A DNA stretch of 64,000 nucleotides from Acetobacteraceae bacterium (GCA_035509315.1 DATJLS010000060.1:15118-79117); one strand, 5' to 3'. Shown: positions 9,242-20,378, counted from the stretch's first letter. Translations and numbers: made by a program. Notes: generated by a model from the sequence alone, not told the origin.

Positions 9242-10222
9242 ATGCCCGTGTTGGTGACTGGCGGAGCCGGCTATATCGGCAGCCACTTCGTCTTGGCACT
9301 CCTCGATCGCGGCGAGGCGGCGGTGGTGCTCGACGATCTCTCGGAAGGGTTCAGGGCCCTGGTGCCGGGGGCTGCGGAGCTTGTTGTCGGCGATGTCGGG
9401 GATCAGGCTCTCCTTGCAGATATCTTCCGCCGCCACCGCATCGAGGCCGTTGCCCATTTCGCCGCGCGCATCGCGCCCTCGGAATCCGTGCGGCGGCCGC
9501 TCTTCTATTATCGCGAGAACACCGCCAAGTCCCTCGCGCTGATCGAGGCTTCCATCGAAGCCGGCGTGCCGCACCTTCTCTTCTCCTCGACCGCCGCCGT
9601 CTATGGCGAGACAGAGCTTGTGCCGATCCCGGAGGAGGCGCCCAAGCAGCCCGTCTCGCCATACGGCGCCTCGAAGCTGATGGTCGAGACGATGCTGGCC
9701 GATGCCGCCGCCGCGCGGGGGCTGCGCTTCGCGGCCCTTCGCTATTTCAACGTCGCCGGCGCCGACCCCGCGCTGCGCTCGGGCGAGGCGAGCAACCATG
9801 CCGGCCATCTCGTCAAGCTCGCCGCCGAGACCGTGATCGGCAAGCGCCCGGAGCTCATCGTCCACGGCATCGACTACCCGACGCCGGACGGCTCCTGCCT
9901 GCGCGATTATGTACATGTGAGCGATGTGGCGGATGCTCATCTCGCCGCGCTCGACTATCTCCGCAATGGCGGAGAGAGCGTCGCGCTCAATATCGGCTAT
10001 GGCCACGGCGCTTCGGTGCTCGAGGTCATTGCGGCCGTGAAGGCGGCCTCGGGCAGGGATTTCCCGGTGCGGATCGGCCCGCGCCGGCCAGGCGACCCGC
10101 CCCGGCTCGTCGCCGCCGCCGCGCGCATCCGCGAGCGGCTCGGCTGGCAGCCGCGCTATGACGATCTTACGACCATCGTCGGCCATGCTCTGGCCTGGGA
10201 GCAGCGCCTCGCCCACGCGTGA
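9242..10222 (+). CDS. galE: UDP-glucose 4-epimerase
   Basis: MPVLVTGGAGYIGSH Rossmann start after SD GGGAGGG. YGASK catalytic motif. About 326 aa. Confidence 0.9.
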   Translation: MPVLVTGGAGYIGSHFVLALLDRGEAAVVLDDLSEGFRALVPGAAELVVGDVGDQALLADIFRRHRIEAVAHFAARIAPSESVRRPLFYYRENTAKSLALIEASIEAGVPHLLFSSTAAVYGETELVPIPEEAPKQPVSPYGASKLMVETMLADAAAARGLRFAALRYFNVAGADPALRSGEASNHAGHLVKLAAETVIGKRPELIVHGIDYPTPDGSCLRDYVHVSDVADAHLAALDYLRNGGESVALNIGYGHGASVLEVIAAVKAASGRDFPVRIGPRRPGDPPRLVAAAARIRERLGWQPRYDDLTTIVGHALAWEQRLAHA

Positions 10223-10324
10223 CGTGTTTCCGCTGACTCAATCCCACGACTTGTTCCCTTTGGCCCGCGATCTGCTCTAGCCTCGGGGGCAACGCCGGGA
10301 CAGCAAGAAGCGGGAGGAAGCACC

Positions 10325-12328
10325 ATGCCGAACGGGCAATCCAGGGAAGCGGGACATGGCCCGCGCGTCGCCGCCCTGATCGGGCCCCTTGGCGCGGGCA
10401 AGACCACCCTCTTCGAGGCGCTGATGGCCGCGACCGGCGCACCGCTGCGCCGCCCGGGCGAAACCCGGGTACGCCAGACCACCACGGAGAGCCGGCTTGC
10501 CCATGCGAGTTATCTCGGCGATTCCTGGTCGCTGCTCGACTGTCCGGGCTCGGTCGAGTTCGCATTCGAGACCGCCGCCGCGCTCGCCGTGAGCGACATC
10601 GCGGTGGTCGTTGCCGAGCCCGTGCCCGCCCGTGCCCCCGCGCTTCGTCCCATCTTCCGCCAGCTCGAGGACGAAGGCATCCCGTTTCTCGTCTTTCTCA
10701 ACAGGATCGACACCCTCGCCGCCCCGCTTGAAGAATGCCTAGCCGCGCTCCAGGCCGAGGCCACGCGCCCGCTCGTGCTTCGCCAGGTGCCGATCCGTGA
10801 GAGCGATCCCCGCCAGGGCACGGACATTGTCACCGGCTATGTCGATCTCGCCTCGGAGCGCGCCTATCGCTATCGCCCGGGCGAGGTCTCGGAGCTGATC
10901 CGCGTTCCGTCCCAGACCGCCGCCGCGGAACGCGAGACATTGCTCGAGACGCTCGCCGATCATGACGACACGCTGCTCGAGAAGGTGCTCGAGGGCATCC
11001 CGCCGAACCCTGGCGAGGTCTATGACCGGCTGCACAAGGACATCGCCGCGGGCGCCATCGCCGGCGTGCTGCTGGGTTCGGCCGAGCGCGGCCACGGCGT
11101 GACGCGGCTCTGGAAGGCGCTCCGCCATGACACGCCCGAGCCCGCGGAAACCGCAACCGCGCGGCTCGCGATCGAACCTGGAGGCCCGCCTCTCCTTCAG
11201 GTGTTCAAGACGAGCTATGCCGGCCATGCGGGAAAGCTCTCCTATGCCCGTGTCTGGCGCGGCGGGGTGCGGGACGGCGCGAGCTTCGAGCAGGGACGGA
11301 TCGGCGGCATCCTTCGTTTTCCGGGCCCGGAGGCGCAAAAGGTCCCCGAGGCCGTGGCCGGCGATCTCGTTGCGCTCGGCCGGCTCGACCAGGTGAGCAC
11401 GGGCACCACGCTCGGCGGAGAGGCGCTGCCCTTCCCCGAGCCGCCGCCGCCCGTCTATGCGCTCGCCATCGCCACTTCCGACCGCAAGGACGAGGTCAAG
11501 CTCTCCGGCGCGCTCGCCCGGCTTTTGGATGAGGATCCTTCGCTCCGCCTCACCCACGAGCCGGAGACCGGGGAAACGGTGCTCGCCGGCCAGGGAGAGA
11601 TCCATCTCAATGCCGCGCTCGAGCGGCTTGCTCGCGGCTCCGGCCTCAAGGTCACCACCGCCAAGCCGCTGGTCCATTTCCGCGAGACCATCCGCAAGCC
11701 GGTCCATCAGCACGCCAGGCTCAAGCGCCAGACCGGCGGGCATGGCCAGTTCGCCGATGTCAAGCTCGATATCGTCCCGCGCTCACCGGGCGAGGGGTTT
11801 CGGTTCATCGACCGGATCGTCGGCGGAGCGGTCCCGCGCCAATATATTCCCGCCGTTGCCGAGGCGGCGGAGGAGGCGACGAAGAAGGGCCCGTTCGGCT
11901 TTCCCGTGGTCGATGTCGGCGTCACGCTGGTGGATGGCGGCTTCCACTCGGTGGACAGCTCCGACATGGCCTTCAAGACCGCGACGCGCATCGGCATGAG
12001 CGAGGGGCTGGCGAAGGCCGACCCGATCCTGCTCGAGCCGATCGACAAGGTGATCGTGAGCGCGCCCAGCCTCCACACCGCCAATGTTCAGCGCGTGCTC
12101 TCCGGCCGGCGGGGGCGGATCCTCGGCTACCATGAGAAGGAGGGATGGCCCGGCTGGGACGAGACGGAGGCTCTGGTGCCCGAGGCCGAGCTGCACGACC
12201 TCATCATCGAGCTTCGCTCCCAGACGATGGGGCTCGGAACGTTCGTGCGCAGCTTCGACCACCTTGCCGAGGCCCATGCCAGGCTGGTCGAGCGCGTGCA
12301 ACGCGAGGCAGCGGCCCACGGGCATTGA
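10325..12328 (+). CDS. Elongation factor G family GTPase paralogue
   Basis: G1 GPLGAGKTT, G3 DCPG and NRID in place of NKxD. 667 aa with an EF-G domain IV/V-like C-terminus (HGQFADV..., GGFHSVDSS). SD GGGAGGAAG before the ATG. Confidence 0.8.
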   Translation: MPNGQSREAGHGPRVAALIGPLGAGKTTLFEALMAATGAPLRRPGETRVRQTTTESRLAHASYLGDSWSLLDCPGSVEFAFETAAALAVSDIAVVVAEPVPARAPALRPIFRQLEDEGIPFLVFLNRIDTLAAPLEECLAALQAEATRPLVLRQVPIRESDPRQGTDIVTGYVDLASERAYRYRPGEVSELIRVPSQTAAAERETLLETLADHDDTLLEKVLEGIPPNPGEVYDRLHKDIAAGAIAGVLLGSAERGHGVTRLWKALRHDTPEPAETATARLAIEPGGPPLLQVFKTSYAGHAGKLSYARVWRGGVRDGASFEQGRIGGILRFPGPEAQKVPEAVAGDLVALGRLDQVSTGTTLGGEALPFPEPPPPVYALAIATSDRKDEVKLSGALARLLDEDPSLRLTHEPETGETVLAGQGEIHLNAALERLARGSGLKVTTAKPLVHFRETIRKPVHQHARLKRQTGGHGQFADVKLDIVPRSPGEGFRFIDRIVGGAVPRQYIPAVAEAAEEATKKGPFGFPVVDVGVTLVDGGFHSVDSSDMAFKTATRIGMSEGLAKADPILLEPIDKVIVSAPSLHTANVQRVLSGRRGRILGYHEKEGWPGWDETEALVPEAELHDLIIELRSQTMGLGTFVRSFDHLAEAHARLVERVQREAAAHGH

Positions 12329-12363
12329 TTCCACGGGGATTGATTGAAGTTCGGCGCCGCGCG

Positions 12364-13185
12364 TCAGAGCGGTGCGCGGTCGTGGCGGCGGCGAATGGCG
12401 GTAATCTCGGCGAGGATCGAGAGCGCGATTTCTTCCGGCGTCACGGCATCGATCGGCAGCCCGGCGGGCGCATGCAGCGCATCGAGACGCGCGGGATCAA
12501 ACCCTTCGGCAACGAGGGAGGCGCGCAGGGCGGCGATCTTCCGCCGCGAGCCGACGAAGCCGACATAAAGGGCGCTCGCCCGGAGCGCGGCGGCGAGCGC
12601 GGCCTGATCGCCGCTCCCTTGCGTCGCCACGACGATATAGCGCTCGGCCGGCGGAAGATCGTCGAAGCGATAGGCGGTGAGGCGGAGATCCGGCGCTTCG
12701 GAGTCCAGCTGCGCGGATTCGGGCGCGGCGAGCAGCGCCTGATAGCCGAAGCGCCGGGCAAGGCCGAGGAGCGCGGCCGCGACCGGGGTCGCGCCGCAGA
12801 CGAGAAGCTCGGGGCGCGGCAGCATCGGCTCGACGAAGACATCGATGCTGCCCTGGCTGGGACAGAGATTCTTCTCGAAATGAATGCCCTCGCGGTCCTC
12901 GCCGGCCACAGCGCCGCCTGCTTGCAAAAGATCGGACGGCTGAACCGAGACGAGGCGCGGCCTTCCGTCCGCGATCGCTGCGCGCGCGGCACGCAGCACG
13001 GCGCCGCGCGCGCAGCCGCCGCCGATCCATCCTGCCTCGATCGTCCCGTCGGCGCGGATCACGGCCTTGGCTCCCGCCTTCGCCGCGGTGAGCGAGACCG
13101 TGCGCACCACGGTCGCAACCGCGAAGCGCGCGCCTTCGGTCTTCAGCGCGCCGATCAGGTCGAAAATTTCGTCGGTCCGAATCAT
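12364..13185 (-). CDS. coxF: XdhC/CoxF-type molybdenum-cofactor insertion accessory protein
   Basis: N-terminus FDLIGALKTEGARFAVATVVRT...GGGC typical of the XdhC/CoxI family. Last gene of the cox string. Confidence 0.75.
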   Translation of the reverse strand: MIRTDEIFDLIGALKTEGARFAVATVVRTVSLTAAKAGAKAVIRADGTIEAGWIGGGCARGAVLRAARAAIADGRPRLVSVQPSDLLQAGGAVAGEDREGIHFEKNLCPSQGSIDVFVEPMLPRPELLVCGATPVAAALLGLARRFGYQALLAAPESAQLDSEAPDLRLTAYRFDDLPPAERYIVVATQGSGDQAALAAALRASALYVGFVGSRRKIAALRASLVAEGFDPARLDALHAPAGLPIDAVTPEEIALSILAEITAIRRRHDRAPL

Positions 13186-13198
13186 GGCGGTGGTTCGA

Positions 13199-14374
13199 TC
13201 AGAGCCGGGCGAAGGGTTCGCTCAGCGCCGCGAGGCTTTCGAGCGTGCCGGCCGCGGCGAAGAGACGGATATGCGGGAGGGCTGCCTGCATGCCGCGCGC
13301 TGCGGGCTCATAGCCCGGTGAGAGGGCGGCCGGATTGAGCCAGACGAGGCGGCGGCAGCGCCTCCGGAGCGCCTCCATCTCGCGGCCGAGAAGGGCGGGA
13401 TCGCCGGTCTCGTACCCATCCGAGACGATGACGCAGACGGCGCGCCCCGCCAGCGCGCGCGCCGCGTGGAACCGGTTGAACTGGGCTAAGCATTCGCCAA
13501 GGCGCGTGCCCCCGCCGACGCCTTTCGAGAGCAGGGTGAGCCGGTCGAGCGCGCGCATCCTGTCGAGATCGCGCATCGCCTCCGCCACCGCGACGAGGCG
13601 CGTATGGACGAGATGGATTTCGGTCCTGACGGCGCCGCGCACGAACCCGAGGGCGAGGCGCAGGAAGAGCGGCGTGTAAGGCGCCATCGAGCCCGAAACA
13701 TCGATGAGCATGGCGATGCGGAGCGGGCGCGGCCGGGGGCGTCGCCAGGCGAGCGCAAAGGGCGTGCCCCCATGGCCGAGGCTCGCGCGGATGGTGCGCC
13801 GGAGATCGAGCCTGCCGTGATGGCGGGCGCGGCGCCTTCGCCGCGGATGGCGGGCAAGGAGCGTGGCGGCAAGATCCTTTGCCACGGCTTCGGTTTCCGC
13901 GAGCATGACAGGATCGGCAAGCGCGCGGAGATCGCGCGCGGCAGCGCTCTCGGAAGCCGAGGCGCCGCCCCGCATGCCGGTTCCTTCGCCCGCGATTTCG
14001 GCGCCTTCCGGGGAAGGTGCGGCTTCTCCCGTTTCCGCGCCTCGCTTCGTGCCGTTGCCGGCGGCGAGCTCGCGCAAGCTCCGTGGCCCGCGCGTGGGCG
14101 GCGTGCCGACGGTGCGCACCGCCTGGCGCAGGCGCTTTTCGAGAAAGGCGGCATCGAAGATCGCGTCGAACTTTTCCCACTCGGCGTGGCTTCCGGCGAA
14201 GAGAGCACGCAATGCCGGGCGCAGGGTCGTTGGGTTCTGCGCAAGCGGGGAGGCGAGAATGCGCGCCGCGTCCTCGCTCTCCTTCAAGCCGGGAACGAAG
14301 CCGGCATCGCGCAGCGTGGCCGAGAAGGTGGCGATGCGTCTTGCGATCAGCTGTTCCGCGCCGGGCGGCATCAT
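13199..14374 (-). CDS. coxE: VWA-domain CO dehydrogenase maturation protein
   Basis: C-terminal von Willebrand A region (IAMLIDVSGSM MIDAS motif). Position between the coxD-like and coxF-like genes. Confidence 0.8.
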   Translation of the reverse strand: MMPPGAEQLIARRIATFSATLRDAGFVPGLKESEDAARILASPLAQNPTTLRPALRALFAGSHAEWEKFDAIFDAAFLEKRLRQAVRTVGTPPTRGPRSLRELAAGNGTKRGAETGEAAPSPEGAEIAGEGTGMRGGASASESAAARDLRALADPVMLAETEAVAKDLAATLLARHPRRRRRARHHGRLDLRRTIRASLGHGGTPFALAWRRPRPRPLRIAMLIDVSGSMAPYTPLFLRLALGFVRGAVRTEIHLVHTRLVAVAEAMRDLDRMRALDRLTLLSKGVGGGTRLGECLAQFNRFHAARALAGRAVCVIVSDGYETGDPALLGREMEALRRRCRRLVWLNPAALSPGYEPAARGMQAALPHIRLFAAAGTLESLAALSEPFARL

Positions 14375-15267
14375 GCGACCTTGGCGACGAGACGCGCGAA
14401 AACCGTGCGGTCGATCTCTGCGCGGTCTTCGTGCGTCTTCAGGACACAGGCGAGGGTTTCGTAAAGCGTCTCGGGGGCTTCGGCGATGTCACGCACGCCG
14501 AGCCCGAGCAGCGCCGCCGCCCAATCGAGGCTTTCGGCCACGCCGGGCACTTTGCGAAGCTGCTCCTTGCGGATGGCGGCGATCAGGCGCGCGACCTGGC
14601 CCGCGAGATCGATCCCGATCGCGGGCAATCGGGCGCGCAGGATCGCCACCTCACGGTCGATCTCCGGGTAATCGAGATAATGATAGAGGCAGCGGCGGCG
14701 AAGCGCGTCCGAAAGCTCGCGTGTCGCGTTGGAAGTGAGCACGACGCGGGGAATGGAGCGCGCGCGGATCGTGCCGAGCTCGGGGATGCTGATCTGGAAA
14801 TCGGCGAGCAGCTCGAGCAAAAACGCCTCGAATTCCTCGTCCGCGCGGTCGATCTCGTCGATCAGCAGGACCGGCGGCCGCGCCTCGCGGATGGCGGCAA
14901 GCAGCGGGCGTTCGAGCAGATAGCGCTCGCTGAAGAGCGCCTCCTCGATCTCCTCGGCACGCCGCGGTCCGTCGCCTTCGCCCTCACGCGCCTTGATGGC
15001 GAGCAATTGGCGCTGATAGTTCCATTCATAGAGCGCGCTCGCCTGATCCAGCCCCTCATAGCATTGCAGGCGAATCAGCTTTGCCTCGTGCACCGAAGCA
15101 AGCGCATAGGCGACGGCGGTCTTGCCGACTCCGGCGGCGCCCTCGATCAGCAAGGGCCGGTCGAGCATCTCCATCAGAAGAAGCGCGGTCGCAAGCTCCG
15201 GGTCGGCGACATAGCCACTGCCGGCCAGCCTGTCCCCGATCTCCTCGCGCGAGAGCGGCGCCTTCAC
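14371..15267 (-). CDS. coxD: MoxR-type AAA+ ATPase, CO dehydrogenase maturation
   Basis: Walker A GAAGVGKT. Start set at GTG 15265-15267 with AAGGAAG 4 nt upstream; the track start 15342 would overlap coxL by 50 nt. Confidence 0.8.
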   Translation of the reverse strand: MKAPLSREEIGDRLAGSGYVADPELATALLLMEMLDRPLLIEGAAGVGKTAVAYALASVHEAKLIRLQCYEGLDQASALYEWNYQRQLLAIKAREGEGDGPRRAEEIEEALFSERYLLERPLLAAIREARPPVLLIDEIDRADEEFEAFLLELLADFQISIPELGTIRARSIPRVVLTSNATRELSDALRRRCLYHYLDYPEIDREVAILRARLPAIGIDLAGQVARLIAAIRKEQLRKVPGVAESLDWAAALLGLGVRDIAEAPETLYETLACVLKTHEDRAEIDRTVFARLVAKVA

Positions 15268-15292
15268 ATCGCTTCCTTCAAGCCGCCCTTCT

Positions 15293-17713
15293 TTAGCCTT
15301 GGGCGCCGAGGGCCTCCGCCGCCTTCCAGATTCGCCAGGCATCGTGCGGCATCTGGATATGCGTGGCGCCCAGGAAGCCGAGCGCGTCGTTCACTGCGTT
15401 GGAGAAGGCCGGCACGCCGCCGACATTCGGGCTTTCGCCCACGCCTTTCGCGCCAATCGGATGATGCGGCGAGGGAGTCACCGTGAAGTCGGTCTCCCAT
15501 TTCGGCGTCTCGACCGCGGTGGGCAGGAAGAAATCCATGAAGGAGGCGCCTTTGACATTGCCGATCTCGTCATAGGCGATCTCCTGGCCCATGGCGATCG
15601 CGAAGGCCTCGGTCAGCCCGCCATGCACCTGCCCCTCGATGATCATCGGGTTGATGCGGGTGCCGCAATCATCGAGCGCATAGAACCTGCGCACCTTCGC
15701 CACCCCGGTATCGAGATCGATATCCATCACGCAAACATAGGCGCCGAACGGATAGGTCATGTTCGGCGGATCGTAATAGCTCACCGCCTCCAACCCGGGC
15801 TCGAGCCCGGGCGGTGGCGCGTTGTAGGCCGTCCATGCAATGTCCTTCATCGTCTTGAACCGCTCCGGCATGCCTTTGACACGGAAGCGGTCGATATCGA
15901 ACTCGACATCGTCGTGATGGACCTCGAGCAGATGGGCGGCGATCATCTGCGCCTTGGCCTTGATCTTGCGGCAGGCCATCGCGGTCGCCGCGGCAGCGGT
16001 CGGGGTGGAGCGCGAGCCATAGGTGCCGAGCCCATAAGGCGCGGTATCGGTATTGCCCTCCTCCACCATCACGTCATCGGCAGGGATGCCGATCTCGGAG
16101 GCGATGATCTGGGCATAGGTGGTCTCATGCCCCTGGCCCTGGCTCTTCGTGCCCATGCGCGCGATCGCGGCCCCCGTGGGGTGGATGCGGATCTCGGCGC
16201 TGTCGAACATGGCGATGCCGAGAATATCGCAATTCTTCGAAGGCCCGGCGCCGACGATCTCGGTGAAGAAGGAAAGCCCGATCCCCATCACCTCGCGCGT
16301 TTCGCCGCGCTTGAAGGCTTCCTGCCTCGCTTTCTGCTCGGCCCGCAGCGCCTGGTACCCGACCGTGTCGAGCGCCTTCTGCATCGCCGTGTGATAATCC
16401 CCGGAATCATATTCCCAGCCGAGAGCGGAATGATACGGGAACTGCTCGCGGCGGATGAAGTTGCGCATCCGGAACTCGGCGGGATCGAGGCCGAGTTTCC
16501 GGGCGAGGATATCCATCGCGCGCTCGATGCAATAGGCCGCCTCGGTGACACGGAAGGAGCAGCGATAGGCGACCCCGCCCGGCGCCTTGTTGGTATAGAC
16601 ACCATCGACAGTGACGTGCGCGGTCGGGAAATCATAGGAGCCGGTCACGATATTGAAGAAGCCGGCCGGCCATTTCGAAGGATCCGCGCAAGCGTCGAAG
16701 GCGCCATGATCGGCGAGCACATGAACGCGCAGCGCCGTGACCTTGCCCGCTTTCGTCGCGGCGATCTCGGTCGTCATGTGATAGTCGCGGGCGAAGGCGG
16801 TGGCGGAGAGATTCTCGATCCGATCCTCGACCCATTTCACCGGCCGTCCGGTGACGATCGAGGCGACGATGGCGCAGACATAGCCGGGATAGACCCCGAC
16901 CTTGTTGCCGAAGCCGCCGCCGATATCGGGCGCGATCACGTGGATCTTGTGCTCGGGGATGCCGGAGAGGATCGCCGCCACCGTGCGCACGACATGGGGG
17001 GCCTGGAAGGTGCCCCAGACGGTGAGTTCGCCCTTGATCTTGTCGAAGGAGGCGACGGACTGGCAGGTCTCGAGCGGACAGGGATGCACGCGCTGATAGG
17101 AGATCATCTCCCTGATCGCGACCTCGGCATCGCGGAAGGCGAGATCGGTCGTTTCGCGATCGCCCACCTCCCAGGTGAAGATATGGTTGGGGTGCTTGCG
17201 TTTGCCGTGCGCGCCCTCGGTCTTGTCCTTGATATCCTCGCGCAGGATGGGGGCGTCGGGGGCCATCGCCTTGAAGGGATCGACGAGCGCGGGCAGCTCC
17301 TCGTATTCAACTTCGACGAGATCGGCCGCGTCGGCGGCGATGTAGCGGTCGGTCGCGACGATGAAGGCGATCTCCTGGCCCTGGAAGAGCACCTTGTCGC
17401 CGGCGAGCACCGCCTGCACATCCCCGGCAAGCGTCGGCATCCAGTCGAGCTTGAGCGGCTTGAGGTCCGCGGCGGTGAGCACGGCGAGTACGCCGGGCAC
17501 CGCTTTCGCCTTGGATGTGTCGATCGATTTCACCCGCGCATGGCCATAGGGCGAGCGGTGGAAATCACCGAAGAGCATGCCCGGCAGCTTGAGATCGTCC
17601 ACATAGCTGCCCTTGCCCTGTGTGAAGCGGATATCCTCGACCCGCTTGCGCTTGCAGCCGAGCCCTTGCAGCCTCGCTTCGCGAGCCTCGCGCGTTTCGC
17701 TGATCTCGTTCAT
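15293..17713 (-). CDS. coxL: Aerobic carbon monoxide dehydrogenase large (Mo-Cu MCD) subunit, form I
   Basis: 806 aa. Contains the form-I active-site loop VAYRCSFR ([13 protein letters not shown]). Start overlaps the coxS stop (ATGA). Confidence 0.9.
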   Translation of the reverse strand: MNEISETREAREARLQGLGCKRKRVEDIRFTQGKGSYVDDLKLPGMLFGDFHRSPYGHARVKSIDTSKAKAVPGVLAVLTAADLKPLKLDWMPTLAGDVQAVLAGDKVLFQGQEIAFIVATDRYIAADAADLVEVEYEELPALVDPFKAMAPDAPILREDIKDKTEGAHGKRKHPNHIFTWEVGDRETTDLAFRDAEVAIREMISYQRVHPCPLETCQSVASFDKIKGELTVWGTFQAPHVVRTVAAILSGIPEHKIHVIAPDIGGGFGNKVGVYPGYVCAIVASIVTGRPVKWVEDRIENLSATAFARDYHMTTEIAATKAGKVTALRVHVLADHGAFDACADPSKWPAGFFNIVTGSYDFPTAHVTVDGVYTNKAPGGVAYRCSFRVTEAAYCIERAMDILARKLGLDPAEFRMRNFIRREQFPYHSALGWEYDSGDYHTAMQKALDTVGYQALRAEQKARQEAFKRGETREVMGIGLSFFTEIVGAGPSKNCDILGIAMFDSAEIRIHPTGAAIARMGTKSQGQGHETTYAQIIASEIGIPADDVMVEEGNTDTAPYGLGTYGSRSTPTAAAATAMACRKIKAKAQMIAAHLLEVHHDDVEFDIDRFRVKGMPERFKTMKDIAWTAYNAPPPGLEPGLEAVSYYDPPNMTYPFGAYVCVMDIDLDTGVAKVRRFYALDDCGTRINPMIIEGQVHGGLTEAFAIAMGQEIAYDEIGNVKGASFMDFFLPTAVETPKWETDFTVTPSPHHPIGAKGVGESPNVGGVPAFSNAVNDALGFLGATHIQMPHDAWRIWKAAEALGAQG

Positions 17714-18210
17714 TCCGCGGCCTCCTGGAGCGAGTCACCCGCGATCTTCGCGGCGGCGAACTGGATCGCGCGGACGATGTTCTGATAGCCGGTGCAGCGG
17801 CAGATATTGCCGGCCATGCCGGTGCGGATTTCATCTTCCGTGGGCCTCGGGTTCTCCTGCAGCAGCCGATAGGCGCGCATGATCATTCCGGGGGTGCAGA
17901 AGCCGCATTGCAGCCCATGCATCTCGCGGAACCCCTCCTGCAACGGATGGAGCGTGCCGTCCGCGCCGGCCATCCCTTCGATGGTGCGGATCTCGGCGCC
18001 GTCGGCCTGGACCGCGAAGAGCGTGCAGGATTTGACCGAGCGCCCGTCGAGATCGACGGTGCAGGCGCCGCAATGGGTGGTATCGCAGCCGATATGGGTG
18101 CCGGTGAGGCTGAGCTGCTCGCGCAGGAAATGAACGAGCAGTGTGCGCGGCTCGACCAGCGCCTCGACAGTTTCGCCATTGACGGTGAGTGTAATCGGGG
18201 TTTTCGGCAT
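17710..18210 (-). CDS. coxS: CO dehydrogenase small [2Fe-2S] subunit
   Basis: Cys clusters [18 protein letters not shown] and CRCTGY. 166 aa. Confidence 0.9.
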   Translation of the reverse strand: MPKTPITLTVNGETVEALVEPRTLLVHFLREQLSLTGTHIGCDTTHCGACTVDLDGRSVKSCTLFAVQADGAEIRTIEGMAGADGTLHPLQEGFREMHGLQCGFCTPGMIMRAYRLLQENPRPTEDEIRTGMAGNICRCTGYQNIVRAIQFAAAKIAGDSLQEAAE

Positions 18211-18221
18211 GATGTTTCCCC

Positions 18222-19088
18222 CTAAGCCGAAGCGCGCGCGACGGCGCGGGCGAGCGCACGGCGGACCATGACACCCGCCATCTTCGTCCGGTAATCGGCC
18301 GGGCCGCGGCCATCCGGCGTGGGCTCGGTGATCGCCTCCGCGCGGCGCGCGGCCTCGGCGAAGGCGGCTTCCTCGGGCTTCTGGCCGATCAGCGCGGCGG
18401 CAGCGTCCGCGGCGAGCAGCGGCGTCGGCGCGACATTGGTGAGGCCGATCGCGCAGCTGGCGATCCGCCCGCCTACGAGGGTCAGCATCACGGCGGCGGC
18501 CGCGGTCGCGTAATCGCCGATCTTCCGCTTGAGCTTCTCATAGGCATAGCCATGCCCGGCCGAAGGATGGGGGATGACGATGGCGGTGAGGAGCTCGCCG
18601 GGCGTGAGCGACGTGACATAGGCGCCCTGATAGAAATCCCTTGCCTTGACCTCGCGCGTGCCACCGGAACCCGCGAGACGGTAGGTCGCATCCAGGCACA
18701 TCATCAGGGCCGGCATGTCGTTGCCCGGATCGCCGTTCGCGACATTCCCGCCGATCGTGCCGCAGGAACGCACCTGGGGATCGGCGATCTGCAGCGCGGT
18801 CTCGCGTAGGATCGGGATGGCGCGGGCGAGGGCCGCATCCGCGATCAGAGCAGCCTGGGTGGTGGTGGCGCCGATCAGCCAACCCCTTTCCTCCCGGCGC
18901 GCACCCTTGAGCTCGGCAATCGCGCCGAGATCGATCAGGTGATCGGGCGCGGCGAGGCGGAGCTTCATCATCGGCACCAGGCTGTGGCCGCCGGCGAGCG
19001 CGCGGCCGTCTTCGGCGTGGGCGGCACAAAGCGCAACGGCCTCGGCGAGGCTGCGTGGGCGGTGATAGGCAAAGGGGCCTGGGATCAC
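18222..19088 (-). CDS. coxM: CO dehydrogenase medium FAD-binding subunit
   Basis: [13 protein letters not shown] and [15 protein letters not shown]-binding motifs. 288 aa. Directly upstream of coxS. Confidence 0.9.
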   Translation of the reverse strand: MIPGPFAYHRPRSLAEAVALCAAHAEDGRALAGGHSLVPMMKLRLAAPDHLIDLGAIAELKGARREERGWLIGATTTQAALIADAALARAIPILRETALQIADPQVRSCGTIGGNVANGDPGNDMPALMMCLDATYRLAGSGGTREVKARDFYQGAYVTSLTPGELLTAIVIPHPSAGHGYAYEKLKRKIGDYATAAAAVMLTLVGGRIASCAIGLTNVAPTPLLAADAAAALIGQKPEEAAFAEAARRAEAITEPTPDGRGPADYRTKMAGVMVRRALARAVARASA

Positions 19089-19232
19089 GGCGATTTCCTC
19101 CCCCCGTTCTTCTTCGGGCCGGAGTATGCGGAGGCGCGCGGGAGAGACCCAAGCGCAAAAGCGCGAGGGCGGGATGACGGCCTCAGATGCCGGTTTCGCG
19201 GCGCGAACGGCGATGTGGATGCACGAAAAGCG

Positions 19233-20378
19233 TCAGCTTAGCTGACCTTCCGCGCGCGCGGCGAGCAGGGTTCGAAGCGATGACAGCCGACTCCTGCTCA
19301 CCGGCACCGGGTTGGCGGCCCCGGCGACCCAGGCGAGCCCGCCATCGCCCGTACGCTCGATGGCGGTGATGGCGTCGAGCGCCACGAGATGGCTGCGATG
19401 GACGCGGAGGAAGTGCCGCGGATCAAGCTTTGCCTCCACGGCACTGATGGAAAGAAGGCAGAGCGCCTCACCCTCCGCATCGGCGAGCGTCGTGTAATGG
19501 CCATTGGCATGGACGGCGCGCAGGCGCTCGACGGGGACATAGACGGTCCGTCCCTGGCGTTCCGCCGGCAGCGCCCGGACGAGACGGGGCGGCGGTGGTT
19601 CCTCGGCTGGCTCCGGCCGTGGCTCCGGCCCGGACTCCGGCATGGAAGCGAGCCAGGGGAAGGGCGCTGGGACGGGAATCGGGATGGGAACCGGGGCGGG
19701 AGCTGCGGGCTTCGCTTCGGCGCGCGCGGGATTGAGCGCGAGCAGGAAGCCGAGCGAGATCGCGAGCGCGACGAACGCCACCACCAAGGCGAAGAGGCGG
19801 GGGGAAAGGCCTGCTTCCGCCGGTGCGGAGGGCAGGCAGAGGATCGTCGTCCCCTCCATCGCCGTATAGTGCATGCCCGAGATCGCGAGCCCGATCAGGG
19901 TCGCGGCGACGACCGGCGGGCGAGGGGGGCTTCCGGTGCGAAAGGCGAGATGAAGCCCGAGCCCGGAGGCGGAGACGCCGATGATCGTGCTGGCGATGAC
20001 GTAGACCGGGTCGTAGCTCAGCAAAAACCCGGCACTGAGCGCGGACATGCCGATGAAATGCATCCCCACGATGCCCCCACCCATGAGAAGGGCGCCGAGA
20101 AGGAAGAACGCCGGCGAGAGCGGGCGGTTGGCGACGAGGGCGATGGCGCCGCCGACCGCGAGGATCGCGACCACGAAGGAGAGCAGCGTGCGCCCGGCGA
20201 GGTAGTGCGCGGGCGCCGGCATGTGCAGCGCCAGCATGCCCACGAAATGCATCGCCCAGATGGAGACGCCGAGCGTGACCGCCGAGGCGCCGAGAAGGGC
20301 GAGGCGGCCGCGCCCGGCCGCTTCATGCATGCGTGTCGCGAGCACAAGGGCGACGAAGGCGCCTTGGATGGCGAGCAA
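19233..20378 (-). CDS. coxC: MHYT-domain membrane sensor fused to LytTR DNA-binding domain (CoxC-like)
   Basis: Three MHYT-type motifs (MHFVGM, MHFIGM, MHYTAM) in TM helices. C-terminal LytTR (FLRVHRSHLV). The conserved N-terminal frame continues upstream of the TTG 20378 start without any canonical start codon. Confidence 0.75.
   Translation of the reverse strand: MLAIQGAFVALVLATRMHEAAGRGRLALLGASAVTLGVSIWAMHFVGMLALHMPAPAHYLAGRTLLSFVVAILAVGGAIALVANRPLSPAFFLLGALLMGGGIVGMHFIGMSALSAGFLLSYDPVYVIASTIIGVSASGLGLHLAFRTGSPPRPPVVAATLIGLAISGMHYTAMEGTTILCLPSAPAEAGLSPRLFALVVAFVALAISLGFLLALNPARAEAKPAAPAPVPIPIPVPAPFPWLASMPESGPEPRPEPAEEPPPPRLVRALPAERQGRTVYVPVERLRAVHANGHYTTLADAEGEALCLLSISAVEAKLDPRHFLRVHRSHLVALDAITAIERTGDGGLAWVAGAANPVPVSRSRLSSLRTLLAARAEGQLS

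Noticed and set aside
15299-17785. 828-aa ORF on the plus strand
   Set aside because: It is exactly antisense to coxL, Arg/Gly/Asp-rich and without motifs. This is a typical high-GC shadow ORF, whereas the coxL frame carries clear family signatures.
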